Positions 1 to 8,721 of a DNA stretch of 64,000 bases are shown here, one piece after another. A model generated the notes under the pieces. That model saw only the letters and a program-made list of their open reading frames with translations. It was not told the origin of the DNA and made no database searches. A program made the position numbers and the translations under genes. Numbering within the stretch: position 1 is the stretch's first letter; every line of letters begins with the position of its first letter. The stretch comes from Phycisphaerales bacterium (GTDB lineage: Bacteria; Planctomycetota; Phycisphaerae; UBA1845): positions 3,639 to 67,638 of the forward strand of contig QZJT01000058.1 in NCBI GenBank assembly GCA_003597935.1, written 5' to 3'.

Positions 1-459
1 CCGCAGTCGCGGGTCTCGACGCGATTCGAGGCGCCGAACCCCGCCGGGCGGCGAAGTGATCTGGCCCTGGATGACCTGATCCCCGTCGGCGACGACCGCA
101 TCGAGCTGCTCTTCGACCCGCTCAACGCCGGCACGCGCTCGCCCGGCGACCTGTATCACGCCGCCGTCTTCCGGCACGGCGCAGCCCGGTCGCAGCAGGG
201 ACTTCAACTCGATCCGCAGGTGGGCCGGCGCCGCCCGTGGAACGCCGACCTGGCGGCCGCGACGCGCGAGACGCCCGACGGCTGGATCGCAGAGGTCCGC
301 ATCCCGCTCACGGCCTTCCCCTCCGATCCGTCGATGCAGACGGTGTGGGGGTTCAACGTGCTCCGCTGGGATGCGGCGGAGCAGCGTTTCTCGAACTGGT
401 CCGGCGCCCGCCGCAACGCCTACGATCCGCAGAGCCTGGGCAACCTGCGAGTTCCGTAA
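1..459 (+). CDS. 3' end of a secreted carbohydrate-binding (CBM9/DOMON-like) domain protein; 5' end lies outside the window
   Basis: Frame 1 is open from base 1 to the TAA at 457-459. The tail DGWIAEVRIPL...WGFNVLRWD...NWSG resembles CBM9-type modules. The family call rests on motif recollection only. Confidence 0.45.
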   Translation, partial: PQSRVSTRFEAPNPAGRRSDLALDDLIPVGDDRIELLFDPLNAGTRSPGDLYHAAVFRHGAARSQQGLQLDPQVGRRRPWNADLAAATRETPDGWIAEVRIPLTAFPSDPSMQTVWGFNVLRWDAAEQRFSNWSGARRNAYDPQSLGNLRVP

Positions 460-482
460 CTCTACCTTCCCGTCAGCGGGAT

Positions 483-775
483 CCGCAGATTGCGCAGATT
501 CTCGCAGATTAAGAGAAAAGAGAACGGCAGGCGATGGGAACCCCCACCACACTCCTGCGCCGAAGGGGCGCATGTCGATTGTGTCACGATGGCGCCGTGG
601 TTCAAGAGGTTGATACGAGCGGCTGCGGGCAGCCGGTGCTGATCTTACGAATCCAGGAAGCCGCTCTCTACGTTGGAATTCATCTCATAGCTGCAGCCCT
701 CCGGCAACCGACTCACGCGCCGTATCGCTCGTTTTCTTTTCTTTTCTCTTATCTGTGAGAATCTGCGCCATCTGT
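483..775. repeat. MITE-like unit: about 42-nt imperfect inverted repeats (483-524 and 733-775) around a roughly 210-bp core
   Basis: The left arm CCGCAGATTGCGCAGATTCTCGCAGATTAAGAGAAAAGAGAA matches the reverse complement of the right arm (CCACAGATGGCGCAGATTCTCACAGATAAGAGAAAAGAAAAG) with a few mismatches. The unit is intergenic. Confidence 0.6.
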
Positions 776-788
776 GGTTTTCTTCCTG

Positions 789-1997
789 CTATTCCGCTTT
801 TTCTCCGTGGATGAGAACCAGCGACGGCGGCGCGGCCAGCTCGATGGCGTCCGCCAGCTCGTCTTCCACGTCGCGGGTGCGATCGAGGCGGTCGTCGAGG
901 CGGCTCAGCGCCTCGGACTTGCGCTCGTATTCTTCGCACATATCGAGCAGCGACGTGATCTTGTCCCGGCGAACGTGGAGCATCTGCCTTCGCGCTTCCA
1001 GCTCCGCCTCGGCGATCGCCAGCCGGCGCAGGTCGTGGTTGAACTCGGGCAGCATCTGGCCGCCGGAGGCGCGGGCCAGCTCCTGACGGTGCCGCAGCAG
1101 TTCGACGCGGGCCATGGCCAGGCGCTCCTCCGCCTCGCCGATTTCACCCGCGGCGAGCGACATCTCCTTCAGCTTCATCAGGCGCGCGACTTCAGCCTCC
1201 CGCAGTTCCACCACTCGGGCCAGCTCGCGGGCAATCTCGTCGCCGCCCACGTGGCCCTGGACGTCCTTGCTGATCTGGGCGATCTGCTGCTCCACCGCCT
1301 CGCGACGGGCCCGCTGCACGAAGAGTTCAAGCTCGGCCTGTTCGGACTCCGTCTCCAGGTCGGCAAGCTGCTGCATCAGTTGATCGCGGAACAATTCGCG
1401 GTATCCAGCGGCCTTGCGGAGCTGTTCGACCTGGGCGCGGATCGCCTGCGCTTCGCGCGCCAGTGCCTCCGCCCGGGCGCGGACTGCCGCCAGGCGCTCC
1501 TGCACCGGGCGGGTGGACTCTTCATAGGTCCGGGTCAACGCCCGCTGCAGGCGCTCGGCGACGGCCGCCAGATACTCGCCGGCCGCGGGGCGGATCCGTC
1601 CTTCCTCGGCCAGGTTTGCACTCAGCTCGACCACCAGCCGGCCGATGATCGTGACGCGGCCGCCGAACATCTCCTCCTCCCCGCTGATCTCCATCAATGC
1701 CACCTGGGCGGCATCGCGCGCGATGTCCGGTGAGGCGTGCAGCACTTCGACGGCGGCCGCGCCGGCGATCGTCGAACTCTGCAGTAACTCGTTGATCAGG
1801 TCGGTATTGATCAGCCTGCTCTTGCCGTTGATGGACAGGCGGAAAACGCAGTCGGCGTTGAGCGGGCCTTCCCGCACGTCCTCCTGGACGCCGTCGAACC
1901 GGCCGCCCATCGGTGCGGACGCCTGCGCATGCGACGCCGCACTGCCGAGCCGGCACGCACAGAGAATGACCAGCGCTGCGCTCAGTGTTGCTCTCAT
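789..1997 (-). CDS. secreted coiled-coil protein, function unknown
   Basis: The ATG at 1997 is preceded by GGAGAG. The signal-like N-terminus reads MRATLSAALVILCACRLGSAASHA. The rest is long heptad-like E/R/L/A-rich sequence. It lies downstream of the sigma/anti-sigma pair on the same strand. Confidence 0.6.
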   Translation of the reverse strand: MRATLSAALVILCACRLGSAASHAQASAPMGGRFDGVQEDVREGPLNADCVFRLSINGKSRLINTDLINELLQSSTIAGAAAVEVLHASPDIARDAAQVALMEISGEEEMFGGRVTIIGRLVVELSANLAEEGRIRPAAGEYLAAVAERLQRALTRTYEESTRPVQERLAAVRARAEALAREAQAIRAQVEQLRKAAGYRELFRDQLMQQLADLETESEQAELELFVQRARREAVEQQIAQISKDVQGHVGGDEIARELARVVELREAEVARLMKLKEMSLAAGEIGEAEERLAMARVELLRHRQELARASGGQMLPEFNHDLRRLAIAEAELEARRQMLHVRRDKITSLLDMCEEYERKSEALSRLDDRLDRTRDVEDELADAIELAAPPSLVLIHGEKAE

Positions 1998-2143
1998 GGT
2001 GGATCTCTCCTTAACAAACAACTCACGTAATCCAGGCGAAGAAACCATGCCTTCGCGCGCCCATCGTCGCCCTCCTCGGGCGGGCGGTGCGCGCGGGCGC
2101 TCCGCGTCCGCCGAGCGGACGCACGATCCCCCGTCGGCGCCCG

Positions 2144-2875
2144 TCAGGCGTCCGGCGCGAGCTGCCCCAGCCGCCGGCGCGCCAGATCGGCTGCGAACGT
2201 GCCGGGAAACCGGTCGATGGTCCGCCGATACCACGTCTCCGCCACCGCGATGAGCGCGTCGTTGCGGGCCATTTCGTCCGCCTGTCGCACCAGCGTCAGC
2301 CCGGCCGTGTTGAGTTCACGCTCCACGGACGCCAGCGGATCCTCGGTGGTTCGGACGTCCGCGGCGTCGGCGTCCATCCGGCGCATGGCCGCCGCGATCA
2401 GGCCGGCGATCCGGGCGTGGGCGTCCGCCTCGGCCCGCAGGCGGGCGATCTGTGCCCGCGCCGCCTCGGCAGAGTCCGAGTCCGGCCTCGCCTGCGCCTC
2501 GATCGAACCGGTCGCTGAGGACGTCCGTTCTGAACGCGCGTCCATCCGCCGGTCGGCCATCCACGCCGAGTCGTCCCGCTCGCTTCGAGGGGGCTGCCCG
2601 GGCGGCGATACGCGGGGCAGGATGATCGCCAGCGCGATCGCTGCCGCCAGCGGGCACGCCACGCAGCCGATGGTCCGCCGCACCACTCGCCGCCGTCGGT
2701 GGAGCTTTGCGACCCGGCGGGCGAGCGGTTCGACGTCGGTGGCCGCGCCTCCGTCCCAGGGATAGGCCGCCCGCAGCGCGGATGTGAACAGCTCGTCTGC
2801 ATCCGCAGCGGCACGACGGGGCACGCCTTGGCCGCTGCCGTCGCGGGTTTCGTGTTGTCGATGGCGGCGTGTCAT
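2144..2875 (-). CDS. putative anti-sigma factor, single-pass membrane protein
   Basis: Its ATG at 2875 overlaps the TGA of the upstream ECF sigma gene (ATGA, 2872-2875). It has one hydrophobic span (GCVACPLAAAIALAIILP). The call is positional. Confidence 0.5.
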   Translation of the reverse strand: MTRRHRQHETRDGSGQGVPRRAAADADELFTSALRAAYPWDGGAATDVEPLARRVAKLHRRRRVVRRTIGCVACPLAAAIALAIILPRVSPPGQPPRSERDDSAWMADRRMDARSERTSSATGSIEAQARPDSDSAEAARAQIARLRAEADAHARIAGLIAAAMRRMDADAADVRTTEDPLASVERELNTAGLTLVRQADEMARNDALIAVAETWYRRTIDRFPGTFAADLARRRLGQLAPDA

Positions 2876-3510
2876 GGTTTCGCCCCCAGCTCGCGCAATG
2901 GCGGTTCCAGTGCCCGCCGGGCGCGGCTGAGCCGTTGCTCGACCGTGTTGCGTTTCACTCCCAACACTTCTGCGATCCGATCGACCGGCCACTCTTCCAG
3001 GTAACGCAGGACGATGACCTCTCGATACCTGCGTGGCAGGCGGTCCACGGCGCGACGGACCGCTGCGGCGCGACGGGTTTCGTCGAAACGCTCCGCAGGA
3101 TCGGCGGCGTCGTCTGGCTCGCTGCCGCGCAGCGCAGCGGGTCCGCGGCTGATCAGGCGCGTCCAGCCCCGCTGCACGACGGCGGTGCGGTTCGCCCGCC
3201 GGCAGGCATGGATGGCGATCCGCGTCAACCAGGTCTGCACGGAGGCCTCGCCGCGGAACCGCCCGGCGCCGGACAGGGCGGCGACGAATACGCTCTGCAC
3301 CACGTCGTCGACGCGATCCCGATCGTGCAGCATCCGCGCCGCGAGCCGGGCCACGCCGTCGCGATGCCGACCGATCAGTTCGACGAGCGCGGCTCGGTCA
3401 CCGGCCGCCAGGTCGGCGGCGAGCCTTCGATCTTCGCCGGCCGCCTGCACGGGCGGATCGCCGTGACCCGCAGCCGTCGCCCGGATGGCGGGTGATGCGT
3501 CTGTCGTCAC
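2872..3510 (-). CDS. ECF-type RNA polymerase sigma-70 family factor
   Basis: Region 2 (DDVVQSVFVAAL, WLTRIAIHACRR) and region 4 (REVIVLRYLEEWPVDRIAEVLGVKRNTVEQRLSRAR) are present. There is no in-frame ATG near the domain start, so I propose the GTG at 3510. Confidence 0.8.
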   Translation of the reverse strand: MTTDASPAIRATAAGHGDPPVQAAGEDRRLAADLAAGDRAALVELIGRHRDGVARLAARMLHDRDRVDDVVQSVFVAALSGAGRFRGEASVQTWLTRIAIHACRRANRTAVVQRGWTRLISRGPAALRGSEPDDAADPAERFDETRRAAAVRRAVDRLPRRYREVIVLRYLEEWPVDRIAEVLGVKRNTVEQRLSRARRALEPPLRELGAKP

Positions 3511-3897
3511 CGACGTATTAGAGCATCGACCGGCGGTCTGCTGACAGACGGGGGTCGTTTTTTTCCCGCGCTCCGGCCCGGCGGCATTGCACCCGCCGCG
3601 CGCCGCGGCCCGGCGGAAGGGCGCGCTGCGAATCCTGTGAAATTTCCGCGGGAGCGTCGGGATCGAGGCGGAGGAAAGCTCGGATGGCGACGATGGCCCG
3701 TCGGCAAAAGAGCGGCCCTCATCGCGCCAGGCTGCGCCGTGACGGCACCGGCGGCGCGCGTCCGACCGGCTCGACCCTGACCTGCCTCCGGCCGCGGCGG
3801 CCGGGGCGAAGACCGCCGACCCGGACAAATCACAGAATCGTCCGGGCATTAAGAAAAACTCACCTCAATTTTATTTTGGAAAATCACGGATATTCCC

Positions 3898-3925
3898 TTG
3901 ACATCTTTCCGATCGAAGTTATGAA
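3898..3925 (+). promoter_or_regulatory. sigma70-like promoter in an unusually AT-rich patch upstream of the aminomutase cluster
   Basis: TTGACA (3898-3903), a 16-nt spacer, then TATGAA (3920-3925). It is preceded by the A/T-rich stretch 3841-3895. Confidence 0.4.
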
Positions 3926-4027
3926 TCCCGCGCAGTCTGAGGAGTCGGCGCGGCTGGTCACGAGTCTCGTCCGTGTGTCAATCGGACTGGCAGACCCGCC
4001 AGACTCCTCAAGAGGTCCATCTGAGTC

Positions 4028-5317
4028 ATGGACGAGCAATCCTCAGGCTCCGATCTGGAGCCTGGCGGCCTGAGCCGCAACACCATCAGCCTGAACGTAA
4101 TCGAGCGTGTTGACCTGTATGCGACGCGGCCGAACGGCGTGTCGCGAAAACAGGGCCTGTCCCGTGCGCGGCCGCGCAGCCCGGGCCGCAACCATCGGCC
4201 CACCGGCGCGTCCGCGAGGCCGCCGCGGGCCGAAGGTCCGTCGGTCCGGGAATGGAACGACTGGCGCTGGCAGCTTCGCCATCGCATCCGGGACTTGGAG
4301 GGCCTGGAGGAGGCGTTCCGCCTGACCGACGACGAGCGTCTGGCCGTCGAGCGCATCGGTGGGCACCTTCCGGTGGGCATCACGCCTTACTATGCCCGGC
4401 TGATCCGGGCGGACGACCCCGACGACCCCATCCGGCGCACCATGGTCCCGCAAACGGGGGAACTGGTGCAGGGTCCGGGCGAGGCGGACGATCCGCTGGC
4501 GGAGGACTCGCACATGCCGGTCCCCGGGCTGGTACACCGCTATCCGGACCGGGTGCTGTTCCTGGTGACCAGCTTCTGCGCCACCTATTGCCGCTACTGC
4601 ACCCGCGCGCGGCTGGTGGGCAAGACCGGCGAGTACCACTTCAACACGCAGCAGTACGAGCGGGCGCTGGACTATCTGCGCGAACACGCGGAGATCCGGG
4701 ACGTGCTGCTCTCCGGCGGCGACCCGCTGACCATGCAGGACGACCGGCTGGAGTGGATCCTGTCACGTCTGCGGGCGATTCCGCACGTGGAGTTCCTGCG
4801 CCTGGGGTCGAAGATCCCGGTTGTGCTGCCGCAGCGCATCACGCCGGAGCTGTGTCGGATGCTGCGGAAGTATCACCCCTTCTGGCTCAGCATCCACTTC
4901 ATGCACCCCAACGAGCTGACGCCGGAGGTGGCACGGGCGTGCGGACGGCTGGCCGACGCCGGCATCCCGCTGGGCGCGCAGATCGTCCTGATGCGCGGGG
5001 TCAACGACAGCGTCGAGACGATGAAGAAGCTCGTCCACGGGCTGCTGAAGAACCGGGTGCGGCCGTACTACATCTACCAGTGCGACCCCATCTCCGGCTC
5101 GGCCCATCTGCGGACGCCGATCGAGAAGGGCCTCGAGATCGTCGCCGGCCTGCGCGGCTTCACGACGGGTTACGCCGTGCCGACGTTCGTCGTGGACGCC
5201 CCGGGCGGCGGCGGCAAGATCCCGGTGTTCCCCGATACGCTCATCGGCCGTGACGGGGACCACGTGCTGTTCCGCAACTACGAGGGCAAGACCTATCGCT
5301 ATTACGACCCGGAATAG
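4028..5317 (+). CDS. kamA: lysine 2,3-aminomutase family radical SAM enzyme (KamA/AblA/EpmB-like)
   Basis: It carries the CATYCRYCTRA radical-SAM motif, the WNDWRWQLRHRI N-terminal signature and the SGGDPL and GGGGK motifs. The start could lie downstream of 4028, because the N-terminal roughly 80 aa are low complexity. Confidence 0.9.
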   Translation: MDEQSSGSDLEPGGLSRNTISLNVIERVDLYATRPNGVSRKQGLSRARPRSPGRNHRPTGASARPPRAEGPSVREWNDWRWQLRHRIRDLEGLEEAFRLTDDERLAVERIGGHLPVGITPYYARLIRADDPDDPIRRTMVPQTGELVQGPGEADDPLAEDSHMPVPGLVHRYPDRVLFLVTSFCATYCRYCTRARLVGKTGEYHFNTQQYERALDYLREHAEIRDVLLSGGDPLTMQDDRLEWILSRLRAIPHVEFLRLGSKIPVVLPQRITPELCRMLRKYHPFWLSIHFMHPNELTPEVARACGRLADAGIPLGAQIVLMRGVNDSVETMKKLVHGLLKNRVRPYYIYQCDPISGSAHLRTPIEKGLEIVAGLRGFTTGYAVPTFVVDAPGGGGKIPVFPDTLIGRDGDHVLFRNYEGKTYRYYDPE

Positions 5318-5351
5318 AATGGCGAATAACGAATAGCGAATAACGAATGAA

Positions 5352-5643
5352 GACGAGTCGCCCTAGCCGAACGGCGAGCGTAAGCGACCGGCTGCGCCGC
5401 AGGGCGTGCCCAATCCGAAGCGCGAGCGTAAGCGACCGGCTGTGCCACAGGGCGTGCGCAATCCGAACCGCGAGCGGAAGCGACCGGCCGCGCCACAGGG
5501 CGTGCGCAATCCGAACCGCGAGCGTAAGCGACCGGCCGGCCGGGTGAAGCGTGTGCGCGCAGGTGGACCGCTTAGCGTTGCAAGAGCCGCTTCCTGACGG
5601 GCGCGGTTCGGATTGGCCGCTTCCTGACGGGTGCGGTTCGGAT
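5352..5643. repeat. REP family A cluster: about four tandem 48-bp units plus two inverted copies
   Basis: Units containing CAATCCGAACCGCGAGCGTAAGCGACCGGC repeat across 5352-5545. Reverse-complement copies (CCGCTTCCTGACGGGCGCGGTTCGGATTGG) sit at 5584-5643. Confidence 0.8.
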
Positions 5644-5670
5644 GAACACGCTCATCTTCAGGCCAGAACC

Positions 5671-6210
5671 ATGTCGCATGTTACGCTTCCATTGATCGAT
5701 CACGTCTGGGGCTGCACGAAGTGCGCCCGGATCACGCGGACGTGCTGCCAGCGCTGTGAGGTCCTGGTCAGCGCCGGCGATCGCGAGCGCATCGCCGAGT
5801 ACACCGGCCGCACGGATTTCTGGTCCGACCGCGTGCCGGAGGACCCGGCCTACGCCGACCCGGGCGGCGATCCGAACTGGCGGGCGTGGGGATTTCACGC
5901 GGACGGAAGCCGCCCGACGCTGAATCGCCGACAGGACGGCGATTGCACGTTCTTGACCGCCACCGGCTGCTCGCTGCCGATGCACGTGCGGCCGCTGGTC
6001 TGCCGGCTCTATCCGTATACGTACACCGAGCACGGCGTCAACGGCGTTTCAGACGAGTGCCCGCGGGAGGTGGTCCCGCCGGGCGACAACATCCTCAACG
6101 TGCTCGACGTGCGTCGGGCGGACGCGGACCGCTGGCACCAGATGCTCTATGCGGAACTGCGCACGGGAAAACGAAGCGATGAACATCGGCCTTACCTACG
6201 ATCTGCGTGA
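5671..6210 (+). CDS. YkgJ/UPF0153-type cysteine-cluster (zinc/iron-chelating) protein
   Basis: The start MSHVTLPL lies after the repeat cluster. The Cys pattern is CTKC...TCCQRCE...CTFL..GC...VCRLYP. Confidence 0.65.
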   Translation: MSHVTLPLIDHVWGCTKCARITRTCCQRCEVLVSAGDRERIAEYTGRTDFWSDRVPEDPAYADPGGDPNWRAWGFHADGSRPTLNRRQDGDCTFLTATGCSLPMHVRPLVCRLYPYTYTEHGVNGVSDECPREVVPPGDNILNVLDVRRADADRWHQMLYAELRTGKRSDEHRPYLRSA

Positions 6211-7327
6211 CGACTACCTGGCGGCCGGCTACGGCGAGGAGGAGACTGCGGAGTTCGACCGCGCCGACACTATCGACCGGCTGGCGGAGGCGCTGCGGGC
6301 GCTGGGCCACGAGACCGATCGGATCGGGCGTGCGCCGCGGCTGATCGAGCGCGTCGCCGCCGGGGATCGGTGGGACCTGGTGTTCAACATCGCCGAGGGG
6401 CTGCGCGGCTACGGCCGCGAATCGCAGGTGCCGGCCATTCTGGACGTCTACGACGTCCCCTACACCTTCTCCGACGTGCTGACCTCCGCCCTGACGCTGC
6501 ACAAGGGGATGGCCAAGCGGGTGTTGCGCGACTGCGGCGTGGCGACCACGCCCTTTCACGAGGTGGCGACGCCGGCAGACCTCGATACGCTCTCGCTGCC
6601 CTGGCCGCTCTTCGTCAAGCCCGTCGCGGAAGGCACGGCCAAGGGCATCGACGGGGCGTCGAAGGTGACCAGCCGCGGCGAGCTGGAAGCGGCCTGCGCC
6701 CGCATCCACCGGCAGTTCGACCAGCCGGCGCTGGTAGAGCCCTTCCTGGCGGGCCGGGAGTTCACCGTCGGGATCACCGGCACGGGCGCGGAGGCCGTCG
6801 CCATCGGCACGTTGGAAGTCGAGCTGATCGGAGGCGCGGAGCCGCACTCCTACACTTACGTCAACAAGGAGCAGTGCGAGGAGCTGTGCCGCTATTCGAT
6901 CGCGCCGCGGCCGTGGTCGCTGCGCTGCGAGACGCTGGCGCTCAGTGCCTGGCGGGCGCTCCACTGTCGCGACGGCGGCCGCGTGGACCTGCGGGCGGAC
7001 GAGGCGGGCGAAGTGTACGTCATGGAGATCAATCCGCTGCCCGGGCTGCACCCGGAGCATTCCGATCTGCCGATCCTCTGTGGCCACGTCGGCATGGCGT
7101 ACGTGGACCTGATCGACCGGATCGTGTCGTCCGCCCGGCGGCGGGTGGACGCGATGAACGGCCGGAGGCCGGCCTCGGCGCGGCGGACGACGTCCGCGCT
7201 CAGCCGGGAAACCACGCCATCAAAGGTACACGCGGTCGGATCAGCGCCTTGCGGGCGCCTCAGCGCGGGCGACGGTCCGATCAGACCGGCGGACCGTCCG
7301 GCCGTCGCCGCACAGAGCGGGTCATGA
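6179..7327 (+). CDS. ATP-grasp ligase, D-alanine--D-alanine ligase-like
   Basis: MNIGLTYDL..., PLFVKPVAEGTAKGI, EFTVGI and EVYVMEINPLPGL are typical ATP-grasp elements. Its stop overlaps the next start (ATGA at 7324-7327). Confidence 0.8.
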   Translation: MNIGLTYDLRDDYLAAGYGEEETAEFDRADTIDRLAEALRALGHETDRIGRAPRLIERVAAGDRWDLVFNIAEGLRGYGRESQVPAILDVYDVPYTFSDVLTSALTLHKGMAKRVLRDCGVATTPFHEVATPADLDTLSLPWPLFVKPVAEGTAKGIDGASKVTSRGELEAACARIHRQFDQPALVEPFLAGREFTVGITGTGAEAVAIGTLEVELIGGAEPHSYTYVNKEQCEELCRYSIAPRPWSLRCETLALSAWRALHCRDGGRVDLRADEAGEVYVMEINPLPGLHPEHSDLPILCGHVGMAYVDLIDRIVSSARRRVDAMNGRRPASARRTTSALSRETTPSKVHAVGSAPCGRLSAGDGPIRPADRPAVAAQSGS

Positions 7328-8655
7328 AGGTCGCGATCCTGCACGACGCACTGACCGACGAAAGCCGTCCGGACGAGACGGATGCGCTGGTGCAGGCCCG
7401 GTACGTGACCGGAGCGCTCGACGCCCTGGGGCACAAGTCCATCACGCTGCCGGTCTCGCTGAACCTGGAGCGCCTGTCCCGTGCGCTCGATGCCGAGCGG
7501 CCGGACGTAGTCTTCAACCTGGTGGAGACGCTCGCGGGCCGCGGGCGCCTCTGTCACGTCGTGCCCGCGCTGCTCGATGCGCTGGGCGTCCCCTACACCG
7601 GCTCCGACGGCCATGCGCTGTTTCTGACCACCGGCAAGACGCAGACCAAGGAGCAGTTGGTCCGCGGCGGGTTGCCCACGCCGCCGTGGTATGCGCCCCG
7701 CGACCTGCGCGAGGGCTGCGGCGAACCGCGGGGGTTCTCCTCTGAGCCGCGGGCTTCAGCCCGCGCGGAGCATCGCACACAGGCACGCGTTTCGTGCGGC
7801 GCGGCGAGTCCGGCGCGGACGCTGCAGGGCGACGGAGCGATGGACGGGATGGACAGAATGGACAGGATGGACGAGATGGACGGGATGGACCTGCAGAACC
7901 CGAACGAGGCGGGGAGCGTTACTGCACCGAATTGGGCGATCCGCTTTCCAGCCACCGTGATCCTCAAGCCGACCTGGGAGGATGCCTCCGTCGGGATCGA
8001 CGATGATTCAATCATCGCGGTGCGGGATGAAGCCGAACTGGCTGCCGTCCTCCGCGAGCGAACGCGACGTTACCAGCAGGAGCAGCGCGGCGAGGCAACA
8101 CAGCCCGGCGAGGCAACACAGCGCGGCGAGCCAACGCAGCGCGGTGAACGAACGCGACGTTACCAGCAGGAGCAGCGCGGCGAACCGGCGCGGCGCTTCG
8201 GGGACGAGTTGTTCGCCGAGGCGTACATCGACGGCCGTGAGTTCAATCTGTCGCTGCTGTGCGGCCCCCGCGGTCCGCAGGTGCTGCCGCCGGCCGAAAT
8301 CGACTTCGTTGACTACCCGCCGGAAAAACCGCATATCGTCGGATACGCCGCCAAGTGGGACGACCGGGCGTTCGAGTATCACGCCACGCCGCGCCGGTTC
8401 GACGTCGACGAGGCCGACCGCGGGCTGGTCGAGACGCTTCGAGCGCTGGCGGTCCACTGCTGGCGTCTGTTCGATCTGCGCGGCCACGTCCGCGTGGACT
8501 TCCGCGTGGACGAGCGGAATCAGCCGTGGATCCTGGAGGTCAACGCCAATCCGTGCCTGTCGCCGGAAGCCGGCTTCATGGCGGCCGCTGCCCGCGCCGG
8601 CCTGACGATCGAGCACGTGGTCGAACGCCTGCTCCGTGACGCCGTCGGCTCGTAG
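7324..8655 (+). CDS. second ATP-grasp ligase (Ddl-like) carrying two in-frame repeat insertions
   Basis: MKVAILHDAL..., VILKPTWEDASVGI, GREFNLSLL and PWILEVNANPCLSPEAGF are present. The repeat insertions lie at about 7720-7950 and 8050-8190. Confidence 0.75.
   Translation: MKVAILHDALTDESRPDETDALVQARYVTGALDALGHKSITLPVSLNLERLSRALDAERPDVVFNLVETLAGRGRLCHVVPALLDALGVPYTGSDGHALFLTTGKTQTKEQLVRGGLPTPPWYAPRDLREGCGEPRGFSSEPRASARAEHRTQARVSCGAASPARTLQGDGAMDGMDRMDRMDEMDGMDLQNPNEAGSVTAPNWAIRFPATVILKPTWEDASVGIDDDSIIAVRDEAELAAVLRERTRRYQQEQRGEATQPGEATQRGEPTQRGERTRRYQQEQRGEPARRFGDELFAEAYIDGREFNLSLLCGPRGPQVLPPAEIDFVDYPPEKPHIVGYAAKWDDRAFEYHATPRRFDVDEADRGLVETLRALAVHCWRLFDLRGHVRVDFRVDERNQPWILEVNANPCLSPEAGFMAAAARAGLTIEHVVERLLRDAVGS
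7744..7769. repeat. REP family B hairpin (short form) inside the ATP-grasp CDS
   Basis: GAGCCGCGGGCTTCAGCCCGCGCGGA, read in frame as EPRASARA. Confidence 0.8.
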
Positions 8656-8721
8656 GAATCCGCCGAAGCACGGCCGCGCGTTCCTCATTCGTTATTCACC
8701 GCCGGCCATTCGTTAATCTCC

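Noticed and set aside
3926-4027. There could be a lysine (L-box) riboswitch upstream of the lysine 2,3-aminomutase gene.
   Set aside because: The leader is only about 100 nt, well short of a five-helix L-box. I could not find the conserved core motifs. I kept it only as a generic structured leader.
5352-5545. The tandem roughly 48-bp units could be a CRISPR array. I asked the same question for the 30-bp array at 51057-51176.
   Set aside because: The units are directly adjacent with no unique spacers. The same sequence occurs singly and inverted elsewhere. No cas genes are present.
6370-7323. The 761-aa ORF (6370-8655) has an N-terminal extension of about 318 codons.
   Set aside because: The extension overlaps the first ATP-grasp gene in another frame and has an Arg/Gly/Pro-rich composition. 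The ATP-grasp homology begins at MKVAILHD (7324), which overlaps the previous stop as ATGA.
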